Source of the DNA: Spirochaetales bacterium
GTDB taxonomy: Bacteria; Spirochaetota; Spirochaetia; JABEVK01
Length of the DNA: 55,186 nt
Assembly: GCA_037142615.1 (NCBI GenBank)
Contig: JBAXAI010000025.1
Span: 1 to 55,186, forward strand
Direction: 5' to 3'
Shown: piece after piece, positions 17,414-27,059 of the stretch
Layout of the letters: each line of letters begins with the position of its first letter
Position numbering within the stretch: the first letter of the stretch is position 1
The notes under the pieces: generated by a model
What the model was told of the DNA's origin: nothing
The model's input: only the letters and a program-made list of their open reading frames with translations
The model's database searches: none
Translations under genes and position numbers: made by a program

Positions 17414-19533
17414 AGGGCACTCTCGCTACGCTGGGCCGGGGGCACAGAGGGGGCTCCAGACGCTGGGGTGATAGGCTGAACAGCCTATCACGCGGGTGGT
17501 GGGCCGTGACGCGTGGGTGGGCCGTGACGCGTGGGTGGGCCGTGACGCGTGGGTGGGCCCTTGCGCTGGCGGTGGCCTTCGCTTCGGCCGCCCCGCTCGT
17601 CGCCCAAGCGGGCACGAGCTACACCTACACCCGCAGCGCCGTGAAGGAGTGGACCCGCACCCAAGACGCCTACTTGCCCGGGGCGACCTTACTGCTCGAC
17701 CGCGGCCTGCTCACACCCGAGGACTTAGCCATCGGGGGGGGCCGCCTGTACGTGGCCGACTCGGGCAACGCCCGGATTCTGGTGACGGCCCTCGACGGGT
17801 TGGGGACAGACCTCGAGATCGGCAAGGGCGTGCTGGCCTACCCGACGGGGATCTGCCTCGCCGGGGGCAAACTGTACGTTGCCGATCCGACGGCAAAGGC
17901 CATCTTCGTGTTCGATGCCGCCGGGAAGCTCGTTCAGACCATCGGACGACCTGCCGCCGACGCCTTTGGCGCCGATTCCGCGTGGAACCCGGCCAAGATC
18001 GCCGTCGACAACCGGGGCGTGCTCTACGTGGTTTCGACCGGCAGTTACGACGGCATGGTCGAGCTGGCCGGCGACGGGTCGTTCCTTGGCTATTTCGGCG
18101 CGAACAAGACCCGCCTGTCCCCCCTCGAGGCCCTGCAGAACCTGGTGCTCAGCGATGCCCAGCTGAACCGGCTGGCCAACCGCATCCCTCAGTCGGCCGA
18201 GAATGTCACCATCGACACCGAGGGAATGGCCTGGAGCCTGACGCGCACTGCTGAGGCCGGCGCCGTCAAGAAGCACGACATTTCGGGGGCCAACATTCTG
18301 GCCGCCAGCCTCGAAGGCCGCATGGCCACCGAAGCCAATTTCCGCGACATCACCATCGGCCGCTGGAGTCAGGTGCTGTGCGTCAGCGAAAACGGCGTGC
18401 TGTACGAGTACGATCCTTCGGGACGCCTGCTGTTCGCGTTTGGCGGCAAAGCCACAACCAGCGAACGCTCGGGGCTTTCCACCGTGGCGACCGGCTTGGC
18501 CGTGGCCGACGACGACTCGCTGTACGTGCTCGACCGTGAGCGTTCGCTGGTGCAGGCGTGGCACCCCACGGCGCTGGCCGATCTGTACCATTCGGCCATG
18601 GACTTGTTCGCCAAGGGTGACTACGCCGCTTCGGGCGAGCTGTGGCGCCAGGCCATCGCGCTGTCGTCGCTGTCGCGCGGGGCTCACGAAAGTCTGGGAA
18701 CCGTGCTCTACTACGCCAGCGACTACGCGCAGGCCGCGCACGAGTTCGTTCTCGCCGGCGACAAGAGCGGGTATTCCGACGCGTTTTGGGAACTGCGCGA
18801 CAAGGCCCTTCAAAGCGGCATCGTGCCTGCTTTGCTGGCGCTGATCGCTTTTGCCGTGGTCTGGAGCCTTTTCCGGCGCTTGACCCGGGGCCGCTTCCAT
18901 CCCGGCCGGGTGCCGGTTCTGCGGCGGTTGGGGCGCGTGTTCGGCATGCTCCGACACCCGCTGACGACAGTTTACGACTTGCGCACCGACGCCAGTTGGG
19001 GCACGACGCTGACGGTCTACGCCCTGCTGTTCGCCACGCTGATCCTTCGGCAAGCGGGCAGTGGCTTCTTGTGGGCCCCTCAGGGCGCCGACCGTCAGGG
19101 CCTCGAAACGCTGGTGTGGATCTTCGTCGTCACGCTCGGGCTGTGGACGGGCGGCAACACCCTCATCGCCAACATCAACGACGGTCGGGGCCGCTTTCAG
19201 GATATCTTTGCGGGAACGGCCTTTGCGTTGGCGCCGTGGCTGGTGATCTCGCCGCTGGCCACCGCCGCGACCTGGGTGCTCACCCGCAACGAGGCCTTCC
19301 TCATCGACTTTGCCGATACCGTCGCGCTGTCGTGGAGCGCGGTCAACCTCTTTGTGCTGGCCAAGGAGATGCACGACTACACGGTGCGCGAGACGGTGCG
19401 CAACCTGCTCACCACGGTGTTTTTCATGGCCGTCGCCGTGTTTGCCGCCTCCTTCGGCTGGGTGTTTCTCGAGCGCATGGTCAACTTCTTCATCACGCTG
19501 GTCATGGAGGTGGGCAACCATGCGTTCCTGTAA
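17410..19533 (+). CDS. NHL-repeat beta-propeller + TPR-like + Yip1 membrane domain protein
   Basis: PEDL..LYVADSGNARI, PAKIAVDNRGVLYV, FGANK NHL repeats; YSDAFWELR; C-terminal TM bundle with GRGRFQDIF and EMHDYT; GTGA overlap. Confidence 0.85.
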   Translation: MKGTLATLGRGHRGGSRRWGDRLNSLSRGWWAVTRGWAVTRGWAVTRGWALALAVAFASAAPLVAQAGTSYTYTRSAVKEWTRTQDAYLPGATLLLDRGLLTPEDLAIGGGRLYVADSGNARILVTALDGLGTDLEIGKGVLAYPTGICLAGGKLYVADPTAKAIFVFDAAGKLVQTIGRPAADAFGADSAWNPAKIAVDNRGVLYVVSTGSYDGMVELAGDGSFLGYFGANKTRLSPLEALQNLVLSDAQLNRLANRIPQSAENVTIDTEGMAWSLTRTAEAGAVKKHDISGANILAASLEGRMATEANFRDITIGRWSQVLCVSENGVLYEYDPSGRLLFAFGGKATTSERSGLSTVATGLAVADDDSLYVLDRERSLVQAWHPTALADLYHSAMDLFAKGDYAASGELWRQAIALSSLSRGAHESLGTVLYYASDYAQAAHEFVLAGDKSGYSDAFWELRDKALQSGIVPALLALIAFAVVWSLFRRLTRGRFHPGRVPVLRRLGRVFGMLRHPLTTVYDLRTDASWGTTLTVYALLFATLILRQAGSGFLWAPQGADRQGLETLVWIFVVTLGLWTGGNTLIANINDGRGRFQDIFAGTAFALAPWLVISPLATAATWVLTRNEAFLIDFADTVALSWSAVNLFVLAKEMHDYTVRETVRNLLTTVFFMAVAVFAASFGWVFLERMVNFFITLVMEVGNHAFL
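17463..17559. repeat. Palindrome GTGATAGGCTG-AA-CAGCCTATCAC followed by ~3.3 perfect 18-bp tandem units
   Basis: Perfect 11-bp inverted repeat 17468-17491; unit TGGGCCGTGACGCGTGGG at 17500, 17518, 17536 (encodes WAVTRG repeats). Confidence 0.9.
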
Positions 19534-21736
19534 AGCTCTGGTCGTCCTTGCCCTCTTCTGGCTGGGCGCGGGACTCAGTGGGGCCGGTGAACTGGCCTCG
19601 AACGCGTGGAGCCAGCCCGAAACCGACGCACGCCGGGTCGATCCCGCACGACTCAAGGACTGGAACGGCTACGACCTCCTGATGGAAGACCAAACTTTGT
19701 CGCTCTGGCTGCGGAAGACCGACGGAAGCCTGCGGATCCGCGACAAGACTTCGGGGTACGCGTGGGGCGGGTTGGCCAACGACAGCACCGAGGGCCTCAA
19801 CCGCTCGTGGCGGGGCATGGCGACGTCGTTGCTGTCGTTCGACTATGTCGACCTGGTCAACAACGAGAAGATCACGAGCCTGGCCGACACCTCGGCGCTC
19901 AAGACCTATCAGGTGAGTGGCCGCACTCTGACGGTGAAGGCCAGCTTCCCCAAGCTGTCGATTGACGTGACGGTGAGACTCACGCTGGACAACGGGCGCC
20001 TCAAAATCGCTCTGCGCGACACCGACATCCACGAGTCGGGGGAGTTCCTGGTCACCTCGGTGTACTTTCTGCCCTTCCTCGGGTCGGTACGCGGCAACGA
20101 GCTGCCGGGGTACGTTCTGCTCCCCGACGGACCCGGGGCCTTGGTGCGCTTCCGGGCGCCGACGCACTACCTGGCCCCGTACCGGGCCAAAGTGTGGGGC
20201 AAGGACTACGACCTCGACAGCATGTACGAGTTTGACGACTCGGGCTCCAACCGGCCCAAGGACTACCGCGTCGAAGAGGCCCGGGTGCAGGCGCCGGTGT
20301 TTGGCCTGGTGCATGGCGTGGGGCAATATGCGCTGTTCGGGCGCATCACTCAGGGCGCGCCGTGGGCCGAAATCGTCTGCTCGCCGGCCGGCGTCACCAC
20401 CGACTGGACGTGGGCCACGGCGCACTTCGCCTTCCGGCAGAAGTACCTGCAGCCGGTGGATCGCCAGGGCGGGGCCATCGAAACCGGCCGCCACCCGATG
20501 CAGCCGGTTCAGGCCGAGCTCGAGTACAGTTTTTTGCACGGGGCCGAAGCCGACTGGACCGGGATGGCCAGGCTGTGGCGGCAACAACTGGCGGCCGAAG
20601 GGGCCCTGCCCAGCGGTGAACGCCGCGACACCGCCTCGCCGGTCAAGCTGGAGTTTGTCGTCAGCGAGGCCAAGCGCGGCTTTTTGGCCGACTCGGTGCT
20701 CGATCTCACCAAAGCCGCCGACGTGACCGGGTTCCTCGCGGCGCTGGGCCCGGCGGTGAGCCCGACGGTGGTCCTTTCGGGCTGGCAGGCTCAAGGACTT
20801 CACGGCGCCCCACTTTCGGGCACCGAGACCCGGTACTCGAAGGACAACCTTGCTCTGGTGGCCTCCGCGACGCACGGACTGGGGGGCCGCCTGCTGTTCC
20901 AGGATTCCAGTTTGACCGCGAGCCGCCGCCAAGTGGACGTTTCGCGCGACGCGGCCCGCTCGCTGTCGGGGGCCCTGATGGTGCGGCCCGGCCTGGACCC
21001 ATCGGCCTTTTTGACCGACGTCGTGTTCGTGAAGCCCTCGGTGGCGGCTCTGGCTTTGGCGGCCAAACTTCCGGCCTACCGAGCACTCGGTGCCGACGGT
21101 ATCGACCTGGGCACCTACACCAGCAGTCTTTTCGGCGACCGCTCCGAACCGTCACCACGGCAACAGAGTTTGGTCACGCTCACGGCACCGCTCAAGACGG
21201 CAGGGGTCAAGTTGTCGGGTTCGTCCCCGTCTTCGGCGTTGTGGCGGTGGCTGGCCGAGGCCTACGACCAGCCGCTCGTCTCCAGCCGCTTCCTGTATGA
21301 AACCGACACCGTCCCCTTCGTTTCGCTGGTGCTCAAGGGTTCGCTCGACCTGTACGCCCCGCCTTCCAACGAAGGCTGGTATTCTGACACCAGCGTGTTG
21401 CGGCTCATCGATTACGGCTTGTACCCGGCGTTCCGCTTGACGGGCGTCGAAAACGCCGAGCTCGCCGACACGCCGCTGGCAGACTTGTGGTCCACGCGCA
21501 CCAGCGACTGGCTGACGCGGACCCGCGAAATCACCGCCCGTGTCGGCAAGGCCTTGTTGCCGTTCGAGGGTCAGCGCATCGTTGCACGCGAAGTGCCTGC
21601 CGAGGGCGTGGTCAAGGTGACGTACGAACGCGGCGTGCTGTGGATCAACTACGGCAAGCAGGCGTGGACGGGGCCCGGCGTGGTCGTTCCGGCCACCGGC
21701 TTCGTCGTTCAGGGAGGCGCCCATGCCCAAAACTAG
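19520..21736 (+). CDS. DUF5696-like secreted protein
   Basis: Signal peptide; LPFLGS, GYVLLPDGPGALV, PVFG, DWTGMA, ETDTVPFVSLVLKG, LRLIDYGLYPAF, VVKVTY..INY; GGAGG RBS. Confidence 0.75.
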   Translation: MRSCKALVVLALFWLGAGLSGAGELASNAWSQPETDARRVDPARLKDWNGYDLLMEDQTLSLWLRKTDGSLRIRDKTSGYAWGGLANDSTEGLNRSWRGMATSLLSFDYVDLVNNEKITSLADTSALKTYQVSGRTLTVKASFPKLSIDVTVRLTLDNGRLKIALRDTDIHESGEFLVTSVYFLPFLGSVRGNELPGYVLLPDGPGALVRFRAPTHYLAPYRAKVWGKDYDLDSMYEFDDSGSNRPKDYRVEEARVQAPVFGLVHGVGQYALFGRITQGAPWAEIVCSPAGVTTDWTWATAHFAFRQKYLQPVDRQGGAIETGRHPMQPVQAELEYSFLHGAEADWTGMARLWRQQLAAEGALPSGERRDTASPVKLEFVVSEAKRGFLADSVLDLTKAADVTGFLAALGPAVSPTVVLSGWQAQGLHGAPLSGTETRYSKDNLALVASATHGLGGRLLFQDSSLTASRRQVDVSRDAARSLSGALMVRPGLDPSAFLTDVVFVKPSVAALALAAKLPAYRALGADGIDLGTYTSSLFGDRSEPSPRQQSLVTLTAPLKTAGVKLSGSSPSSALWRWLAEAYDQPLVSSRFLYETDTVPFVSLVLKGSLDLYAPPSNEGWYSDTSVLRLIDYGLYPAFRLTGVENAELADTPLADLWSTRTSDWLTRTREITARVGKALLPFEGQRIVAREVPAEGVVKVTYERGVLWINYGKQAWTGPGVVVPATGFVVQGGAHAQN

Positions 21737-22601
21737 ACAGCCGCGCGGGGCCCGAACTTTGGCCCAACGGTGGGGCTGGGCCTTCGTCGCACCTTGGATT
21801 GCGGGGTTTGCCGTGTTCACCGCTTGGCCGGTGTTCTACTCGTTGTGGCTGAGCTTCTACCAAGTGAAAATCAAAGTCGGCGAGCTCGAGACCCTGTTCA
21901 TCGGTGCCGCCAACTACACGCGAGCCTTTACCTGGGACACAAGCTTCGTCACGACCTACCTCGACACCCTGAGCTTCGTGGGGCTCTCAGTGCCCATGAT
22001 TCTCGTGTTTTCGGTGGTCATCGCCATCCTGCTCAACCAGAAACTGCTGTTCAAAGGCTTTTTCCGCGCGGTGTTCTTTCTGCCCTTTGTGATCATTTCG
22101 GGTTCGGTGATCGCCGAACTGGTGACCAACGGCAGCACCAACATCGGCGGCTTCCACGAGTTTGTCGTGTACCGCTACCTCGAGACCCTCCCCAGCCTGC
22201 TTTCGGGGCCGCTGCTGTACGTGTTCGACAACATCGTGCTCATCCTGTGGTTTTCGAGCGTGCAGGTGCTCATCGTGCTGGCCGGGCTGCAGAAGATCGA
22301 CCACGCGTTGTACGAGGCGGCGCGCATCGATGGCGCCACCGCGTGGCAGGTCTTTTGGAAGCTGACCTTGCCCGATCTGATGCCGCTGGTGCAGATCAAC
22401 GCCGTCTACACCGTGGTTCAGCTGGCCTCGTTCCCCGAGGCGCCGCTCAACCAGCTCATCCGCCGCCGCATGTTCGAGGCCGGCATCACCTACTCGTACG
22501 CCGCCGCCCTCAGTTGGATGTTTTTCCTTACCGCGCTGGTGCTCATCGGCCTCTTTGCCTTGCTCCTGAGGCCCAAGCGCGACGAACGGAGGCCGTCATG
22601 A
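21723..22601 (+). CDS. Carbohydrate ABC permease (MalF-like)
   Basis: FVAPWIAGF, FRAVFFLP, LAGLQKIDHALYEAARIDGA. Confidence 0.93.
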   Translation: MPKTRQPRGARTLAQRWGWAFVAPWIAGFAVFTAWPVFYSLWLSFYQVKIKVGELETLFIGAANYTRAFTWDTSFVTTYLDTLSFVGLSVPMILVFSVVIAILLNQKLLFKGFFRAVFFLPFVIISGSVIAELVTNGSTNIGGFHEFVVYRYLETLPSLLSGPLLYVFDNIVLILWFSSVQVLIVLAGLQKIDHALYEAARIDGATAWQVFWKLTLPDLMPLVQINAVYTVVQLASFPEAPLNQLIRRRMFEAGITYSYAAALSWMFFLTALVLIGLFALLLRPKRDERRPS

Positions 22602-23473
22602 AACGCTTGGTCCCCCAGCTCGCCCTGCATTTGTTCGTTGCCAGCTTCGGGTTTGTGTACCTGTACCCGTTTCTTTACATGGTGGCCAACGCCTTCATGA
22701 GCACGCAGGACGTGGTGAACCCGCTCGTTCGCTGGATCCCGACGGGGTTGCACTTTGACAACTTCGCCAAGGCCTGGGACGCCCTCGATGTCTGGACGTC
22801 GCTGCCGGTGAGTGTGCTTTTGTCGTCGGTGCTGGCGCTGGCGCAGACGGCTTCGTCGGCGGTGATCGGCTACGGGCTGGCGCGGTTCCAGTTTCGGGGG
22901 CGCCGGGTGATTTTTGCGCTGGTTCTTGTGACCATCGTCGTCGCGCCCGCGATTACGCTGATTCCCCGCTACATGTTTTTCGACCTGCTGGGAATGGTGG
23001 GCACGCCTCTTCCGCTCGTGCTCCCGGCGCTGTTCGGGCAGGGGATCAACGCCGGCATCTTCATCTTGATCTTCTACCAGTTCTTCCGCGTCGTGCCGCG
23101 CGTCCTCGACGAGGCGGCCGAAATCGACGGTGCGGGCAAACTTCAGCTGTTTCTGCGCATCGCCGTGCCTGTGTCGACGCCGGCGATCGTGGTGTCGCTG
23201 ATCTTCAGCTTGGTGTGGAACTGGAACGAGACCTTCAATACCGCCCTGATGCTGGGCAATTCGCTCGAGACTCTGCCCATGAAGCTGACGAACTTCGTGA
23301 CACTCTACTATCAGAAAAATCCCATGCAGTGGGGTAGTACCTCGAATCGCCTGAACGAGGGCTTGCGGCTGGCGGGAACCCTGCTCGCGATTCTGCCGCT
23401 TCTCATCGCCTATTTCTTTTTGCAGAAGAGCTTTGTCGAGAGTGTGGACCGTTCGGGGATCACCGGTGAGTAG
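22598..23473 (+). CDS. Carbohydrate ABC permease (MalG-like)
   Basis: GYGLARFQFRGR, LDEAAEIDGA, WNWNE, ends FVESVDRSGITGE; ATGA overlap. Confidence 0.93.
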   Translation: MKRLVPQLALHLFVASFGFVYLYPFLYMVANAFMSTQDVVNPLVRWIPTGLHFDNFAKAWDALDVWTSLPVSVLLSSVLALAQTASSAVIGYGLARFQFRGRRVIFALVLVTIVVAPAITLIPRYMFFDLLGMVGTPLPLVLPALFGQGINAGIFILIFYQFFRVVPRVLDEAAEIDGAGKLQLFLRIAVPVSTPAIVVSLIFSLVWNWNETFNTALMLGNSLETLPMKLTNFVTLYYQKNPMQWGSTSNRLNEGLRLAGTLLAILPLLIAYFFLQKSFVESVDRSGITGE

Positions 23474-24569
23474 GTCGCTTCGCGGGCCAACACGGGCGAT
23501 AGGGCTAGCTCGGGTGATAGGGCCATCTCGGGCGAGTGGGCCATCTGGGGTGATAGGCTGTTCAGCCTATCCTGCCGCCGCCTTGGCACGCTTCGCGGTC
23601 TCGGCCTGGGTTCTTGCCCTGGTGTTTTCTTCCTGTGCGCCGGCCCCCCTGCCGCCCCCGAGCGGCACCCTGCTCTTTCACCGCTACTCGAACTACGACG
23701 CCTGGGATTCGCACCTGTGGCTGGCCGAGTTGCCGACCGCAGAGTTCCCCCGTGGACGGCTGGCGGTACTCGGGTCCGACTGGCCCGTCGAGGGTGCCAT
23801 GAACGGCCAGATTTCGCCCGACGGCACGGCGCTGGTGTTCATGGGCGACGCCAACGGGCCCAACGCCCAGGGAGCCGAACGCGATTGGGATGTTTTCGTT
23901 TCCAACTGGGACGGCGAAAAGTGGCTAACCCCGCGCAACTTGACGGCCCGCACCGGCAGCCGCGACGAAGACCCGAAATGGGCCCCCGACAGCCAGAGCA
24001 TCGTGTACAAACGAGGCGGAGGAATCGAGACCATGGACCGCGACGGAAACCCGCTGGCGGTGCTCAGTCCGCGGGTTCCCGAGGCTGGCATGCCGTACTT
24101 CTCGACTGACGGCGAGGCGGTTGTGTATGCGATCGGCTCGGGCACCACCGGCGCCATTTTGATCACCCGCGACGGAAAGGTGACGCTGGGAGCCGATCTG
24201 CCGGGCAGCGACTACTACCCCATCACGGTCGACGCCAACTCGTTCTACTTCACCAACGTGCAACCGACCCAGCACGACCGTCTTATGGTCGGGTTCTGGG
24301 ACGGGCGCGAGCCTCAACCGCTGTTTTTCGATAGCGAGTACGCCGACAATTCCGATGCTGGCCCCGCGTTGCCTGGGCACTCGCTCTACTACGTGAGCAC
24401 CCAAACCGGCGGGCACGGAGGCTACGACCTTCGCTACGCCGACCTGGACGCCCGCACCACCGTGAGCTTCGACGAGCTGGTCCCGGGAGCCAACACCACG
24501 CTCGAGGAACTCGGTCCCTCGTGGACACCGCTGCCTAGGTTTGCGCAAACTCCGACAAACGAGAGGTGA
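23466..24569 (+). CDS. TolB-like (PD40) beta-propeller lipoprotein
   Basis: FSSC lipobox, ISPDGTALVFM, RDEDPKWAPD, PYFSTDG, GGHGGYDL; start uncertain because of N-terminal repeats. Confidence 0.75.
   Translation: MSRSLRGPTRAIGLARVIGPSRASGPSGVIGCSAYPAAALARFAVSAWVLALVFSSCAPAPLPPPSGTLLFHRYSNYDAWDSHLWLAELPTAEFPRGRLAVLGSDWPVEGAMNGQISPDGTALVFMGDANGPNAQGAERDWDVFVSNWDGEKWLTPRNLTARTGSRDEDPKWAPDSQSIVYKRGGGIETMDRDGNPLAVLSPRVPEAGMPYFSTDGEAVVYAIGSGTTGAILITRDGKVTLGADLPGSDYYPITVDANSFYFTNVQPTQHDRLMVGFWDGREPQPLFFDSEYADNSDAGPALPGHSLYYVSTQTGGHGGYDLRYADLDARTTVSFDELVPGANTTLEELGPSWTPLPRFAQTPTNER
23484..23571. repeat. Four degenerate 18-bp tandem units followed by palindrome GATAGGCTG-TT-CAGCCTATC
   Basis: Units start at 23484, 23502, 23520, 23538 (all begin GGGC, most end GATA); 23545-23571 matches 17463-17489 except the central AA/TT. 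Confidence 0.85.
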
Positions 24570-26136
24570 GCAGGTCGCTGAACAGCTTGCGGGGCGCGCC
24601 CTCGAGCACCTTGCGGGCGCGGGCGAAGGCCTCGCTGTGAGCGGCCCCCAACTCACCTTCGGGCTGGCTGAGCCAAGCGCGGCAGGCCCGGAGCGCCTCC
24701 ATCGCCAGCAGGAACACCTCAATCCAGGGTTGAATCTCGGTCTGCAGTCTCTGGTTGGTCATTCCCCGAAGGAACAGCGCCTCGGCTTTGCCCAAGCGTG
24801 CCAGTACGCCTTCCAGCACCGTCCGCGCCTCGGCCCGTCGCCCTTGCGACAGGTGAAACCCGATCTTGTCGAGCTCGGGGCGCAATCGTGGCGACTCCAG
24901 CGGTTCCAGGCAACTCAGGCGCGAGTTGTCGGCGAACTCGGCAAAGGCCGCTGCTTCGTCGATGCCCACGACCTCGTTCAGAGCGCGGGTCCAACTTTCC
25001 TCGGCGTCGTAGGCTTCGGGGTTCCACAGGTAGTCGCCGATCGTGGCCAAAGCAATCTTGGTCGCTTCGGGATACTCCATCACGTTCGCCACGAGGCCAT
25101 CGCTGGCCCGGTACAGGTGAGGGTCGCGACGCTGATAGGGGCCGAGGTGCAACTCCGGGGCCATGGCGAGGTCGTTGACCGGGTAGTTGTCCCAGTACGT
25201 GACCGGCCGGTTCGTTGTCCGGGCGAACAGCGACGCGTCGGCGAGCTCCAGGCTGCGGGAGCAGATTTCGGGGCCGGTCCAAAAGAGGCGGATGCGCGGG
25301 TCCAATTCCAGTCCTAGCCGAGAAATGGAAGGTTCATCGCCCTTGCCGTTGTACTCGGTCGGGCACACGATAAGGCGTACTGCGGGATCTCGGGCCAACA
25401 GACGCGCGAACACCTGGTTGGCCACAAAGGCGTGGGCCGCCGCCGGGACTTCGAAGCGCTCGGCGTCGGCCTGGTGCTGAAACCCCGGCACATCGTCGAA
25501 CAGGAGCCCGAAGTGGCGCACGCCCGCCAGGCGCAGCTGATCGAACTTGGCAACCAGCAACTCCAGGTCGGCCTCGCTGGAGTAGCACATTGACAGGCCG
25601 GGGCCCAGATCGTACCAAAAGTCCAAGCCCTCACGCGCACAGGCCTCGGCGGTCGCTACGAGCGGAGCCAAGGCCTCGTCGGGGTATAGGTCGCGCCAGC
25701 GCTCGCGGTGGTAGGGGTCGTTCTTGGGTGCGTAAAAGAAGGCATTGAACCGGTGGTGCGCGGCGAAACGGATCAGGTCGAGCCGCGCCTCGGGCGTCCA
25801 GGGCGGTCCGTAGTAGCCCTCGATGAGCCCCCGCAGCGCAAAGGCCGGAGCGTCGTGGTACACCCCGGCGGCCAAAGTTCCAGCCACAGTGAGGGCCTCT
25901 AGGGTCGAACGCGCCCAGCCCTCCGACCGGGGCCCGCCCGCCTCGAGCGTCGCGGTTCGCCCTCCAACCTCCACGGTGATGCGATAGGCCTCGAGCGAGG
26001 TCCGTCCGGTGATGGGATCGCACAAAACCTCAGGATTCTTGGTCAGCCTGGAGCTCACCTGAACCTGCTTGCCTACAGCGCTTGCAGGAGCCTTCGTCGG
26101 CGCCCCAACAACCGGCCGAAACCGTCGGATCGTCAT
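24535..26136 (-). CDS. GH84 beta-N-acetylglucosaminidase (O-GlcNAcase/hyaluronidase-like), no signal peptide
   Basis: RGLIEGYYGPPW, YAPKNDPYHR, LLFDD catalytic pair, CPTEY, WTG, WDNYPVND. Confidence 0.92.
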   Translation of the reverse strand: MTIRRFRPVVGAPTKAPASAVGKQVQVSSRLTKNPEVLCDPITGRTSLEAYRITVEVGGRTATLEAGGPRSEGWARSTLEALTVAGTLAAGVYHDAPAFALRGLIEGYYGPPWTPEARLDLIRFAAHHRFNAFFYAPKNDPYHRERWRDLYPDEALAPLVATAEACAREGLDFWYDLGPGLSMCYSSEADLELLVAKFDQLRLAGVRHFGLLFDDVPGFQHQADAERFEVPAAAHAFVANQVFARLLARDPAVRLIVCPTEYNGKGDEPSISRLGLELDPRIRLFWTGPEICSRSLELADASLFARTTNRPVTYWDNYPVNDLAMAPELHLGPYQRRDPHLYRASDGLVANVMEYPEATKIALATIGDYLWNPEAYDAEESWTRALNEVVGIDEAAAFAEFADNSRLSCLEPLESPRLRPELDKIGFHLSQGRRAEARTVLEGVLARLGKAEALFLRGMTNQRLQTEIQPWIEVFLLAMEALRACRAWLSQPEGELGAAHSEAFARARKVLEGAPRKLFSDLLTSRLSEFAQT

Positions 26137-27056
26137 AGCAGACTCCTCGCCCAGGCCAGGGCTCCCTCGACCGGGTCAAGATCCAAGCGTCCTAGCCGGA
26201 AGAGGCCTGGGTGCTGGGCATCGAGGGCTGCGCCGAGTCGCTCTACCAGCACCCGCGAATCGGCCTTGAGGTGAATGCTTCCCGACAGCACCAGTTCTAC
26301 CCCACTGGACGGAAAGTCGAGAGCGTCGACCAAACCGCCGATCGAGGCCAGCGCCTCGGCCACCACAGCGTCGACCAGCGCCAGCGCCACGGCGTCGCCA
26401 ACGTTGGCGGCCTCGAACAGCAGGCCCACAAGGTCGCGCACCCACAGGGGATCACGGTGCTGCAGGGCATCGACCAGTTCCTCCGCGCTGTTGGCGTTCA
26501 GTCGCGCCATGACCGTCGTCACAAGACACGTCTGAGGTCCACGTCGGAACAGGTGGTCGTACACGGCGCGGTAAGTTCGGGCCGCCAGAATGTCGCCTCC
26601 GGTGAAGTCGCCCGAAAACTCTCCCAGGCCGTTCACCTGCCGCATGGCTCCCGTCGGATCGATGCCCGCGAGGCAGGTGCCCGTGCCGGCGTTGAACGCA
26701 ATCCCGAACCCCGAGCGGCAACCGGCTTTGACGGCCAGGAACCCGTCGTTCGCGACAACGAACCGGCGGAATCCCAGGGCCGTGATTCCGTCGCTCATGA
26801 GGCGTTGCTGAAGGCGGTTGTCGACTCCCGAAAGCCCGAAGGCCGCCGAGGCAACCTCGGCCGGCCCCAACCCGTGGCGACCCAGGAGTTCGTGCAGACG
26901 GTCGCCCAGTTCACTCAAGGCTTCGTCGTAGGCACCGGTCAAGGCCTCGTGATTCGTAGGGCCGCCATCGAGCCGGTCGACTACGGTGTGTCCACGCGCG
27001 AGCAGGTAGTGAGTCTTGGTTCCACCGCCATCCACGCCGATCAGTACGCTGTCCAC
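26133..27056 (-). CDS. BadF/BadG-type sugar kinase (N-acetylglucosamine kinase-like)
   Basis: IGVDGGGTKT, GLSGVD, VANDG, AGTG, LSGS. Confidence 0.88.
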   Translation of the reverse strand: MDSVLIGVDGGGTKTHYLLARGHTVVDRLDGGPTNHEALTGAYDEALSELGDRLHELLGRHGLGPAEVASAAFGLSGVDNRLQQRLMSDGITALGFRRFVVANDGFLAVKAGCRSGFGIAFNAGTGTCLAGIDPTGAMRQVNGLGEFSGDFTGGDILAARTYRAVYDHLFRRGPQTCLVTTVMARLNANSAEELVDALQHRDPLWVRDLVGLLFEAANVGDAVALALVDAVVAEALASIGGLVDALDFPSSGVELVLSGSIHLKADSRVLVERLGAALDAQHPGLFRLGRLDLDPVEGALAWARSLL

Positions 27057-27059
27057 GGG

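Noticed and set aside
17463-17559. 18-bp repeats (also 23484-23555) as a CRISPR array
   Set aside because: Units are contiguous with no unique spacers, too short, and no cas genes are present
26070-26112. REP-like hairpin in the GH84 5' region
   Set aside because: Short imperfect stem and no second copy found
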